DNA of 35,520 bases, taken from NCBI GenBank assembly GCA_032718475.1, contig JAUCBJ010008821.1:1-35520 (forward strand). Direction: 5' to 3'. The notes under the pieces are model-generated. The model was given only the letters and a program-made list of their open reading frames with translations. It was not told where the DNA came from and ran no database searches. This DNA comes from Nemertoderma westbladi. Its lineage: Eukaryota; Animalia; Xenacoelomorpha. Below, in pieces: positions 1-10,817 of the stretch (position 1 is the first letter of the stretch; each line of letters starts with the position of its first letter). A program made the position numbers and the translations under genes.

Positions 1-831
1 ACAGGCCTAAGGTCTAAAGTCAAAGTGTTAATAATTGAATTATAATTATTTATCGTTATATTTGATATTCTACTGGTAAACTCAATTTGTTATTATTATT
101 TGCTTAATATATCGCCAATATTACGGAATCAAGGAAGTTTTACACGACCCACACACAACCATGTAGGTCACTATAACTAAGCATTAGTGATAATCTGGAC
201 AATTGCATCAAATATATGTGTGCCGTCGTACCTCTCACTTAATAAATAATTAATATATGGCGATATTTCAGACCATTAATATAAGCAAAGCTCTTATTAT
301 TAATTACATCACGATTGAGAGTTGTCACAAATTGAGTACTGTAGTGATATCAATATATTTAGACCGAAGACTTGTTACACTACGTTTCCTCTGAAGGGAA
401 ACACAGTCACCAGACTTGAGTCCTTACAGAATGAATTAGTCAGCACACCCTCCCGGTACTGTATGCTAGTAAAATATAATAGATGATCAAATACCGTATT
501 AGACTAAGCGAAATATAGAGCAAATCAATGCATCGTGGCAGAAAGGGGAAATAAACAGATATACTAGAGCGGCCTTCGTTGAAGGTAAACTAGCGCCATT
601 CCCGCTCGATGTATCAGACCGGACATTTTGCTTCATTATTGCATGGTTTATTAAGTAACAGGAAGAAGTCACAATATATTAAAATTGATATTGAAAGAAC
701 GTCTTTTTTATCAAATGCGCTAACAGGCCCATCAGCCAAGAAAATAACACCAGTACCGATGCAGCCATTGCTGTGAGGTAAGATAGTTTAGTCACTTAGG
801 CTTGGGCATAGTAATCATTATCATTTATGTA

Positions 832-899
832 GAACAATTATTTATTACAGAATTTCAATATTACTTTACACTGTTAGTTTTGACAGTGAGTTATTATAT
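832..899 (+). repeat. Dispersed AT-rich repeat, copy 1 (homologous to ~7141-7209)
   Basis: aattatttattacagaatttcaatatta...gttagttttgacagtgagttattata here aligns with aattatttattccaaaatttcaatatta...gtaagttttgtcagggagttattata at ~7146-7208; weaker similarity may continue downstream. Confidence 0.6.
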
Positions 900-1118
900 A
901 GCAGATACGGGAACCATTACACAAAATCGATTGTTTTAATTTATACCCGTTTGTTCGAAAAATATGGCTATTTTTGTAAAATGTAAAATATGTCATGCAG
1001 AAGGATCAGTGATACCACCTGTGTTGAAGTTTTCGTTCCAATAGTTTGGAACAATTGATATAGATGTTTACAAGCAAGTAGCAACTGAATGGATTAAGCT
1101 AAAAGAGATTCTGCAGCA

Positions 1119-1468
1119 GAGCCAGTAGGATACAGCAGTGTAGTTCGAGTCGCGGAGCCAGTAGGATACAGCAGTGTAGTTCGAGTCACGGAGACAGTAG
1201 GATACAGCAGGGTAGTTCGAGTCGCTGAGCCAGTAGGATACAGCAGGGTAGTTCGAGTCGCGGAGCCAGTAGGATACATCAGGGTAGTTCGAGTCGCGGA
1301 GCCAGTAGGATACAGCAGGGTAGTTCGAGTCACGGAGACAGTAGGATACAGCAGGGTAGTTCGAGTCGCGGAGCCAGTAGGATATAGCAGGGTAGTTCGA
1401 GTCTCGGAGCCAGTAGGATACAGCAGGGTAGTTCGAGTCGTGGAGCCAGTAGGATACAGCAGGGTAGT
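1119..1468. repeat. 36-bp minisatellite, ~9.7 copies (GAGCCAGTAGGATACAGCAGGGTAGTTCGAGTCGCG)
   Basis: Units start at 1119, 1155, 1191 ... 1443 with exact 36-bp period and few substitutions. Confidence 0.97.
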
Positions 1469-1987
1469 CCACCCCTACTATAGAAGTAGCGCCCACCCTA
1501 CTATAGAAGTAGCGCCCACCCCTACTATAGAAGTAGCACCCACCCCTACTATAGAAGTAGCGCCCACCCCTACTATAGAAGTAGCGCCCACCCGTACTAT
1601 AGAAGTAGCGCCCACCCCTACTATAGAAGTAGCGCCCACCCCTACTATAGAAGTAGCGCCCACCCCTACTATAGAAGTAGCGCCCACCCCTACTATAGAA
1701 GTAGCGCCCACCCCTACTATAGAAGTAGCGCCCACCCCTACTATAGAGGTAGCGCCAACCCCTACTATAGAGGTAGCGCCAACCCCTACTATAGAAGTAG
1801 CACCCACCCCTACTATAGAAGTAGCGCCCACCCCTACTATAGAAGTAGCGCCCACCCTACTATAGAAGTAGCGACCACCCTTACTATAGAAGTAGCGCCC
1901 ACCCCTAATATAGAAGTAGCGCCCACCCCTACTATAGAAGTAGCGCCCACCCCTACTATAGAAGTAGCGCCCACCCCTACTGTAGAA
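1469..1987. repeat. 24-bp minisatellite, ~21-22 copies (CCCACCCCTACTATAGAAGTAGCG)
   Basis: Directly visible tandem units; two units lack one C (~1496, ~1856); abuts the 36-bp array with no spacer. Confidence 0.97.
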
Positions 1988-2384
1988 AGAGGAGCCTTGG
2001 ATCGTCTCCGTCTTCGGCTGACTGTTTGACTTGCTTTTTTTTTTTAAAGAATTACCACTTTATAAAGAAGATATCCGTTCTGCTAATGCAGGACGTCTGC
2101 CACATCTCAGAATCTCTCATAATATCACAGAATCAAGTTCAAATATTGGAAAAACATTATATTAGTCGTTTTAATCGATCTGTTTCCTTCCACATCTTAA
2201 CATATATTTCTCTCAAGGCAATAATACCACCATCAACACCTGGATTAAGAGGCTACAAGTACCGTTTCGAAGTAGGAACGCTGGTGGGTCCACTACCCAC
2301 TAGATAACTAAGACATGTTCAGTTTAGTCTTTGGTGTTGATACCATCTTCCAGGTGGTGTGTCTTAAAAGTGCCTGTGGTGGTG

Positions 2385-2480
2385 GTGTTCCCTAAAAGTG
2401 TACACCGATGTAACGATCGTGTTCCCTGGAAGTGTACACCGATGTAACGATGGTGTTCCCTCCCTGGAAGTGCACACCGA
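2385..2480. repeat. 34-bp tandem repeat, ~2.8 copies (GTGTTCCCTGGAAGTGTACACCGATGTAACGATG)
   Basis: TACACCGATGTAACGAT at 2401 and 2435; third partial copy ends near 2480. Confidence 0.85.
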
Positions 2481-2495
2481 AAACCGATGAGAAAC

Positions 2496-2750
2496 TGTGG
2501 GGCGAGCCACGAAGTGAGTGAGCCTTAGCGTAGGGGTACCATTAATCAACCTGTCGGTCTGTCGCGTTTTTTTTCAGTATTTTATTTTAAACGATAATAA
2601 CTCGGCCAATCCTTGATGAAATCTATCCAAACTTGGTACACATGTTGTTTGGCAAAAGTTTGAAAATTTTCCAAGTAGAATTTGCGTGGGGCCTTCGTGC
2701 AGCATCAGTGTAACTGTTATTGCAGTTATAATAAATTTATTTATCCAAAT
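2496..2750 (+). mobile_element. Helentron-associated (HINE/DINE-1-like) non-autonomous element, copy 1
   Basis: Homologous end to end to 12179-12470: TGTGGGGCGAG start, short CTGTC-type microsatellite, ATCCAAACTTGGTACACAT core, GTGGGGCCTTCGTGCAGCA, terminal TAACTG..CAGTTA hairpin. Repeat status is seen directly; the family call is from architecture. Confidence 0.65.
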
Positions 2751-3360
2751 TTAAAATGCGTTAAATTATTATTACTGTAGGATAAATCAGCTGGGTTTCT
2801 GACAAATTTTGCAATACATTGGGGCTGTCTGCCAATCTGCATGTACCATGTGTACCGGTACTGTCAGGCTGTACTCAATCCCTGAATCGAGAATCCTGCA
2901 ATCAGTCAATACTGCAATACTGGTCAGCCGGTACCATACACTGCAGACATGCCATATCATGTAATCTAATTAAACATGGCCCCGGCAACCCTTGCGGTGA
3001 TTATAGTTTAGGCCTAATTAGCCCAGTACAGGCACCGGTAATAATAATATAACAGTTTAGATAGTTACCGCTAATCATTCAGTCATTGGCACGGTACACC
3101 GTATTGCTGTACTGCCGTTGTAGTGCGCACCGTAGGTGCCACCCTACTACCGGTACCAGCTGACCGGTGGCAACTAGCACTTGCACAGCAACAGCACTAC
3201 CGGCGATACACAGGTTGGAATTTATGTAGAGTTTGCTCAACAGTACAGATATAAAATAGTTATCTAAATTATATATATTACTATTGACAAGTATTGAAAT
3301 ATATATCGTTATTCGTGTTATCAGTATTTGCAACATCTGACATTGAAGAGGTGAGAGAAG

Positions 3361-3700
3361 ATGAATACCGGCACTCAACAAAACCAACGCTTATCACAGG
3401 TCGGTATGGTTACCTCGAAACCGGCGCGACTGTCCACTCGAATACAACTTCAAAACACAAACGCCAACAATAAACTGAAAGCGAATCGAACGTCTTCAGA
3501 AGAATCTGTCATTGGGACGAAGAAAAGGAAGCCAAAACCACGGGAATGGACCACAGCTAAGATTGAATGCTCCCATTGTCAGAGTTCCTGAACCGAAATT
3601 GAAACACCAATTGCCGATGTGCTTGATCTCTCAAACCAAAACTTCCTCTGCGGGGTTTGCGCGGCAGTAAAGATTGAAAGTCTGGAAGCTGGCATCCCTA
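3361..3700 (+). pseudogene. Remnant of a Cys4 zinc-finger ORF (CxxC...FxCxxC..LE) resembling a CR1/L2-type LINE ORF1 N-terminus
   Basis: ORFs 3361-3591 and 3619-3819 are in the same frame, separated by one TGA: IECSHCQSS*TEIETPIADVLDLSNQNFLCGVCAAVKIESLE. Confidence 0.45.
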
Positions 3701-4659
3701 GGTATTATTATTATAAAGAGCGTCAGCCTGCGTTTGATAAATATATTTTAATACAAAACAGGTCGAATGCAAAGAGGCTTATAATGAAGACGAGTACTGC
3801 ATTGATTATATTCCTATAAACCACCTGGCTTTGCATATTGAACGTGCGTTTGGAAATAAGTTCATGCTACCCTTCCGTGGGTGGTAGATGTCGCGGTTAT
3901 GTATTGGTGGGTGGGGGGAGGGGTGGGGGGGGGTGCAGATTAAAAGGGGTGAACACGTACTGTCCCCCTTTCTTTGATTAATTGGTGGTGTGGGTTAATC
4001 CCTCATAACCTGATTTTGTGATACATTCGCAACAATTTTAATTTGTATCTCATAACTGGGCCTCGTGCTGCGCGAAGGCCCCACGAACGTGTTTGTTTAT
4101 GTATTGATTAATTTCACCACACGATGAATTGACATACTTTCCGGCATAATGAACTTCCAAGTTGTAAAAATAAAGTGTATTTTTGACGTAGTGGGTTTCA
4201 ACTCCCTTACCGATCCAGTAACTACAAACAGAAACAGATAGGCTTTACATTGTAAAACTAAACTCTAGTATATTTATTGATTTATGTAATATATTATTTT
4301 TGTAAACAACGCATTGGACGAACTTACTGATGTAGTTTTAGGCAATTGTTCCCTTTTCCTGGTTTAACAGTAATTATACATTATTATTTATTTAATATCA
4401 ACATAAAACATGTAAATTTTGTGCAAAAAATGTTTTTTTCCTTCTTTTTTTCTTTATCGATTATTAAATATTCTGATACTGTTATCGAAGGAATCTGTTA
4501 TTCAGTTGTATAATTATTGTCCTTTGATTACCATGTTATATAATAACATATATAGTAGTTTATTTAGTACTGCTAACCATATAAAATGGTGAGCCGATTT
4601 CCGGAAATCGATAAAACACAGCCCATTGGCGTTTTAACACTAGAACAAGCATATTTCTG

Positions 4660-5115
4660 GGCGCGAATTAGGAAGCCCTGGTTCGATCCCTAGATGGGGG
4701 CACCACTGTTTGGGCACAGTGCTTTAAATGCTGCTTTCATCTTTCAGTGGTCCATAAATGGGAGCCAAGTCAACTTGGGAAACAGAGTGGAAGGGTTTAC
4801 CGTGGAAGATTACCCATAGTGGTGAACAGCCATTCCTTTAGGAAACAAAGTGTAAGTGTTTACTGTGGAAGATCACCCATGGTGGTGAATAGGCATTCCT
4901 TTAGGAAACTGAGTGGAAGGGTTTATTGTGGAAGATTACCCATGGTGGGGAACAGGCATTCCTTTAGGAAACAGAGTGGAAGGGTTTATTGTGGAAGATC
5001 ACCCATGGTGGTGAACAGGCATTCTTTTAGGAAACAGAGTGGAAGGGTTTACTGTGGAAGATCACCCATGGTGGTGAACAGGCATTCATTGGCTTAACGA
5101 GCCTAAAAGATTCTC
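4660..5115 (+). mobile_element. tRNA-derived SINE (A box lost or degraded) with an internally amplified 63-bp segment
   Basis: B box GGTTCGATCCC at 4680-4690, then CAGTGGTCCATAAATGGGAGCC resembling the GTATAAATGGGTACC core of Nin/Deu-type SINE central domains, then the 63-bp array and a short unique end. Confidence 0.6.
4778..5086. repeat. 63-bp tandem repeat, ~4.9 copies
   Basis: GGAAACAGAGTGGAAGGGTTTACTGTGGAAGATCACCCATGGTGGTGAACAGGCATTCCTTTA units start at 4778, 4841, 4904, 4967, 5030. Confidence 0.96.
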
Positions 5116-5950
5116 CCATTCACATATGGCTATTTCCAATTCGTGTTTAAAACGTCTGATATGTCGGATATCAGTTTCTCTATTGCTTACAGTGTCGATT
5201 TCGCAGAAATAAAACCATATTGTTCCCTAAACATTCTTCTAGACTTCTATTTACGAACAATTACATATTAATTAGATAATAATGATGTTATTAATAATAA
5301 TAATTGAGGACCTTTGGAGCGTTTTACAAATGCCATAGCTCGATAAAGGCACTACAGATTTTCAAAAAATGTATTTTTCTCTCAAACATAAAATTATAAT
5401 TTTATAAAATAAAAAGATTGCCGCCAGGATACGATACATTTGTCCATCCTTGTATATTTTTTAGTATTCCATGGTTATCATGGTATTCATTTTAGAACTT
5501 TTCAAATATAGATATTATGGTGGCAAACAACTGCATTGCCTCTCCTCTCTCACACAGGGCGGTATGTGAGAAATGAATGACATGACGTTGTTTGTTAATC
5601 CTCTCACACATTAAAATTATTATGTGTGTGTAGGTTGACATGAGTCACTGGTGTCGTTTCTCACACATAAGTAGGGGTGAGTGTGTGGGTGTTCATATGC
5701 AAGTTACTGGTGTCAATCCACTCACACACTGCTGCACTGTTTGATTATAATATTCAGATATCAGAAGAGAAATTCAAATAGTGTTTGATGTTAGGCCTAT
5801 ACATGGTTATAACCCTTAAGACCATTATAGGTTGTTCGACCTTTTAGTATGTACGGGGGACTTGGCCTACTTCATGTTGCAGGGGTAGTACAGTGCTTGG
5901 GGGATTTAGAAGACAGAAACATCAATTAGCAGATATATAGACTGATATGC

Positions 5951-6500
5951 CTACTACTAGTACTACTACTACTAGGTCGAGCGAACTCGGACAGTGGAAA
6001 TGAGATCCTTCCAGGCTTCCCGATTCTCCATAGTTGTCGCAATTTCGTTTCTCCCAAGTTCAGTATCCCTTTCAAGTTGATCTATATATGTTATGGCCGG
6101 TCGTCCACGACTACGCTTTCCATGAGTTGGTTGCCAGAAAAGTAGATCTGGTATGACCTCGTCTTTACTTCGCCAGCAGTGCCCACTGAATCTTAATCAG
6201 CGTACACGGAGGGTGGTTGATACAGGTGGTATTGTACCATAAAGCTCGGCGTTTGTCATGTGTTGTCTCCAGCTGATGTTTAGGGCTGCCCTTAGTAGTC
6301 TTGTGTAGCAACCATCAATTCGTTGTTCAAGTGATTTAGTCAGTGTCCAGGTTTCACCCCCGTATAAAAATACACTTTCCACTGTGGCTCGAAATAACTT
6401 AGTCTCCAGGTGCCTGGAGAGGTCTGATTTCCAGATGGTTTCCATTTTTGATAGAGCTACCTAAGCCTTTGCTTTCCTAACTTCTATGTCTCTACAGCTT
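5951..6500 (-). mobile_element. 5'-truncated RTE-like LINE, 3' end with (TAG)n tail
   Basis: Minus strand reads KLFRATVESVFLYGGETWTLTK...DGCYTRLLRAALNISW...R*LRFSGHCWRSKDE...LLFWQPTHGKRSRGRP, typical of an RTE-like ORF C-terminus. The stop is followed directly by TAGTAGTAG repeats (CTACTACTA at 5951-5975 on +). Confidence 0.88.
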
Positions 6501-7140
6501 AACTACAATTCATTTCTTTAATTTAACGACATTCGTTTGTTTTCACTCCATCGTTGTGGAACAAAATACTGACATACACAGTTAGTAAACCAAGGCTGAT
6601 ATCAGAGCGGAGAACCAATTAGTGATCATTCATCAATATTTATTATTACAAAAAATCTCGCGCTGTTTGCTAACTGGTAGGCCTAATATTCTGATACTGC
6701 AGTATTATTAAGGACCGTGACAGATACATGACATGACATTATGTTACTTTGTAAAATCATGTCAACCGGGATACTAATTAACTGTTAATAACGAACCTGT
6801 CTACTATAGACTCGGTAGTATTTATCTAAAGCTGAGGCCGGCAAAAACACGATGTATGTCTATAATATATTAATTTATTTACTGTATATATTTTGTATAA
6901 CCACTAAATGAATGGCTTGAGAACACGTTCATGTATTAGAAAATCGTAAACGCAACTATTTATCAATTAGTATCCAGTTGTTGAATAAAAAAGTTGGGAA
7001 CGATTCGATGTGCGATATTCGAAATATTTGCATATTTTCAACATTATGGAACTCGAAATTAAATACCCACAGCTACACTTTGTCAGCTGAACAACATTTC
7101 ACTACTTATTGTCAATTATTGGAGTTATATTGTTCTTTTT

Positions 7141-7209
7141 AGGATAATTATTTATTCCAAAATTTCAATATTAATCAACATTGTAAGTTTTGTCAGGGAG
7201 TTATTATAA
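7141..7209 (+). repeat. Dispersed AT-rich repeat, copy 2 (homologous to 832-899)
   Basis: See 832-899 alignment. Confidence 0.6.
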
Positions 7210-7659
7210 TATAGTGCTTTAGGTTATATTAGACATTAAAATCATTAAATATGGACTAGGTATTATGGGTTTTTCATTTGTATGTGATTTGTTATATAAA
7301 GATATTTGAAGATTTGTAACTTATATTACAAATCGATATATGCTGCACAATTACTTATTTTGTTAACATTTATTAAATTCGCCTAAAATAATTCATAGCA
7401 AAACTCCATACCGGTAATAGCTAATGTCTTGACTGCTTCAAATACTAACACAAGCCGAGGTGGCTCCAATTAGTTATCATACACCTTTGAAATGTTGAAC
7501 TGTGGGATGACTAATATGATATTAATTAGTATTAGATTATCTCATACTATTATAATTCTCTGATACCTACTGACCCGAGCACCAATTAATTATCGTACTT
7601 AGGCTTAATTATCATATACATATATGTTATAGTACATTATGATAATGCTCTCCATAGCG

Positions 7660-7823
7660 AAAAATATTAACCGCCCCTATTTGGGCTCGAACCCGGTACC
7701 AAGGTTTCAAACTTAGCATCCTCGCATAGCGAATAAATCTTCTACCTGGTAGCTCAGTGGTCTTAAGACACACACTCGGCTGCTGATAACCGCAAGTTTG
7801 AAACCTGGGTACCGGGTTCGAGC
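7660..7823. mobile_element. tRNA-derived element with inverted duplication (30-bp inverted repeat, 29/30 match)
   Basis: GCTCGAACCCGGTACCAAGGTTTCAAACTT (7685-7714) pairs with AAGTTTGAAACCTGGGTACCGGGTTCGAGC (7794-7823). A box TAGCTCAGTGG at 7750-7760; B box GGTTCGAGC lies within the arms. Confidence 0.75.
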
Positions 7824-8284
7824 TGATTGGTCTCAAAAAAAATATATAACTGATATCTGTTCTATTGACTTTCATTTATTATTTTGGTTAAAATAAGCGG
7901 CACTGTAAACTGCTCCTTTTGATTTGACATTGATAATTTAACATTGCGATGAGATATTTATAAGTCCACATGTAATTTGTGTACATTATCTCTCTCCCCT
8001 GTCAGTTTTTTCAGGAACACAACTATTAAAAAACTTCGCAATCCCAGTTGCAGTTGTCACAACCATAAATAAGCACGAGGCTGTAACCCAAAACACAGTG
8101 GCAATGCACGGAATAACAAAGCCCCCATTAAAAAGTTCATTAACATCGGGTTATCTGACACATGCCATGAATTTTATGTAAATTCTGTATCGCGAAATAT
8201 CGTGTAAATTGCTGACATATTAGGTTGTATTTCAAGATCTAACTTTATCTTACCCGCTATAGGAATGGTCAGAGCGTCAGAACA

Positions 8285-8490
8285 AACATCCAAACCTATA
8301 GAACCAGGGATTTAAAGCAATAATAACATCAAAAACTAATGAACCAGGGATTTAAAACAATAACCGAACATCCAAAACTAATGAACCAGGGATTTAAAAC
8401 AATATCCGAACATCCAAAACTAAAAGAATCAGATATTTTTAGCAATAACCGAACATTCAAATAAAAGAACCAGGGATTTAAAGCAATAAC
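8285..8490. repeat. ~42-bp degenerate tandem repeat, ~5 copies
   Basis: GAACCAGGGATTTAAA at 8301, 8341, 8383, a variant at 8426, and 8467. Confidence 0.9.
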
Positions 8491-8669
8491 AAATTATCAT
8501 CAAGAGAGTGATAATTAAATAAGGATTGGTTTCAACAAATTGGAAAGTCGCTATAGTAAGCTACGTAGAGGGGCATCCCAGTAAGAGTCCCATTGGTTGG
8601 TTATATGACATGTTTTATAATAAACAATATAGTGCCACCTATCGGGTATGGGCAGCATTGGATGGCTAT

Positions 8670-9050
8670 TTAGAGCAGCAATAGAATCAGTAATCCTATA
8701 TGGGGGTTCATGTTCGGCTCTAACTGCTGATGATACCAAATCGCAGGGTTGATTGTGTCAAATACAATGCACAGTGCACACATCTCCAACCAGTCATTAT
8801 ATAACATTAGAGGTGTCTCATTGGTCTTCACAAGCTTGAGACTTGAACATAGCCGCCTCCGTTTTGCAGGGCATTGCTTTCGCCGTAAGGACCAGCCAGT
8901 GCACAATCTTTCGCTTTGGCAGCTCCATGGATAAAATAAACATGGCAGACTAGCCCATGACTTTTCTTGAGGCGCCTATTAAAAAAAGACACTGGCCTTG
9001 AAGATGCGGATACTCTCGTAAAAGTCGTGGGGGGTAGGGAGTTATGGAAG
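8670..9050 (+). mobile_element. RTE-like LINE 3' fragment, same family as 13510-13905 (-)
   Basis: AHISNQSLYNIRGVSLVFTSLRLEHSRLRFAGHCFRRKDQPVHNLSLWQLHG vs AHISNQTLYNIGGVSLVPPSLTLEQNRLHFAGHCFRHEDQPVHNLVLWQPHG; both also share KDTGLEDAD. Confidence 0.88.
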
Positions 9051-9340
9051 CGCAATTTTGTCAACAAGCTGGCATAGCCTTTTTAATGCCCACTCTATCA
9101 CAGCGAGTCAATTGTGGATTGCATGATGGTGGTACAAATATTTTGTTAATCCATTATAGCAACTCAATGTGTAGCTGTAATACCCCCATCTTATGGAGGA
9201 CACTTATGACAATGTTAATTTCACATCACATATTTTTGTTGGAGACGATTATTATATTATGTAAGTGTAGTTGAATGTATTTGGCTGGAAGTTGAATTTA
9301 ATACAAGCATTGCAATTGAGGAACTTGAGGGTTTTATAAT

Positions 9341-9490
9341 AACTATTTACATACTTGTGTGTAAAGTAGCACTTTACAGTGTGATGATCCGAGTAGCTTT
9401 GTTACACGAACGAATGTTAGTGAGTGAGTGAAAATAAAGCCACGAGGATCAGAACACTATAAAGTACTTTGCAACAAGTATGTATGTAGT
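9341..9490. mobile_element. Foldback (palindromic) MITE-like element, ~65-bp imperfect arms
   Basis: Left arm AACTATTTACATACTTGTG..AAAGTAGCACTTTACAGTGTGATGATCCGAGTAGCTTTGTTACAC matches the reverse complement of right arm GTGAAAATAAAGCCACGAGGATCAGAACACTATAAAGTACTTTGCAACAAGTATGTATGTAGTT. Confidence 0.75.
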
Positions 9491-10622
9491 TTTTTTAACA
9501 TTACGAAATGATTGTATATATATTATAAGTGATAGAAACTGCCACAAATTAAATTAGTTGCTGTATAAATAAATGTAAAAATGACATATATTATGTTATA
9601 AATAATATCTTATATTGTTATACGTGTTAAGTGTTAAGTGTTATAAGCTTATATTTATGGTGGCTTTTGGAGCCATGCTAATAATATAGCTACTGGTTAT
9701 TAATAGTTATACCCCGCCTACCGGTAGGTAATGCAGTAGGCCTATCTGGCTGTCAGGCAATTAATAACAAATACGAACTATTGTTTATGGGGTAACAATG
9801 ACGGGCGTGACTGTAAATTCGCTCTATTGGGCCATTACGACATAATAATACACCAATACAATATTAAATGTACGTACAGGCCAATACAATACTGTAATGT
9901 CCTCTAAAGGTGTAAAGTGCTAAATAACAACTCGCTGTAAATACTAACGGCATTGACTAATGATACAATTTTGTATTAAAATATATTACAACAAGGAATT
10001 TAAGATTGATTTTGATGAAGAAGTATTTCGTCCGATTAATTTTTAAAATTAATTTCCCTGTATAAAACTTCATCTTCGCTACGAAATAGCACAATCTATA
10101 ATTTTTTTGTTGCATCCGCAGACTATTCTGAACTCGACTGCAATAAGGAATGAAATCTTATAAGGAATCAATAGATAGATCAAATAGAATGTTCGCTGCC
10201 AATATTAATCTGAACCTATAAAACTACATTTTACTATTTGGGCCAATATGATTGATAGCAACACATGCCAGCCACCACGATTTATTTAGTAGCATCATAA
10301 CATGTGTTTGGCTGAGACTATCAGGAATTTGGGATGGATAGAATGTCAAAAATGGCAGTACAGTTAACCAATACCATTAATGACCACCAGCTACCAGGAC
10401 ACATGCTGTCCCTCCATTGGTCGATCTATCCCCTTGCCCAAACCTACCTTCCCCTGTTCTATGCTTGCTTCTACCCTGAGATGAGCTGTGCGATGGCATC
10501 TCTCCCTGTGGCTGGCAGTGTATATTGCCTTTGTTGGTTGTTAGGTGACATTATATTGGTAATGTCACCTAATCAACTATAATTGGTAAAAAGCCACTTT
10601 CCCCATTTTCCACTGGGTAGTG

Positions 10623-10817
10623 CAGTGAATTGGATCCGCTCACAGGTTCGTTGGTTCGAACGAACCGCCCTTTTGAGAAAAAGTTCCCTTTATTACGAAC
10701 ATATGTTTGGGAAAGAAGTGTGCTTTAAAAAAGTGCCCTACACATTTCGCATATAGTGCTTCAGATTAACCCTCCCTCCCCCGCTCTACTCCTACCTAAA
10801 TTCAGGCTACGGGCCTG
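10623..10817. mobile_element. Possible degenerate hAT-type MITE
   Basis: Right end GGCTACGGGCCTG (reverse complement CAGGCCCGTAGCC) resembles common invertebrate hAT-MITE termini; the left end CAGTG..GGATCC is only weakly matched; internal GGTTCGAACGAACC hairpin. Confidence 0.3.

Noticed and set aside
660-785. Possible exon ending at GAG|GTAAGA (~777)
   Set aside because: Good donor, but weak acceptor and no recognisable peptide.
1068-1865. ORFs 1068-1496, 1094-1333, 1440-1865 and 1478-1855 as genes
   Set aside because: They arise from repeat units whose lengths are multiples of 3 and are open in several frames on both strands. Single-base deletions and a mix of synonymous and non-synonymous variants give no real coding signal.
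1119-1987. CRISPR-like array (36-bp and 24-bp units)
   Set aside because: Units are head-to-tail with no unique spacers; eukaryotic context and no cas genes.
3589-3591. Selenocysteine/read-through TGA
   Set aside because: The position fits a mutated Trp of a LINE ORF1 finger and I see no SECIS.
4747-5097. 116-aa repetitive ORF
   Set aside because: Translation of the 63-bp array; GTG start and no independent support.
5549-5730. Loose ~55-60-bp repeat with CTCACACA/GTGTG motifs
   Set aside because: Too degenerate to define a unit by eye.
7746-7823. Functional tRNA gene
   Set aside because: A and B boxes are present but there is no complete cloverleaf; the sequence is cut right after the B box.
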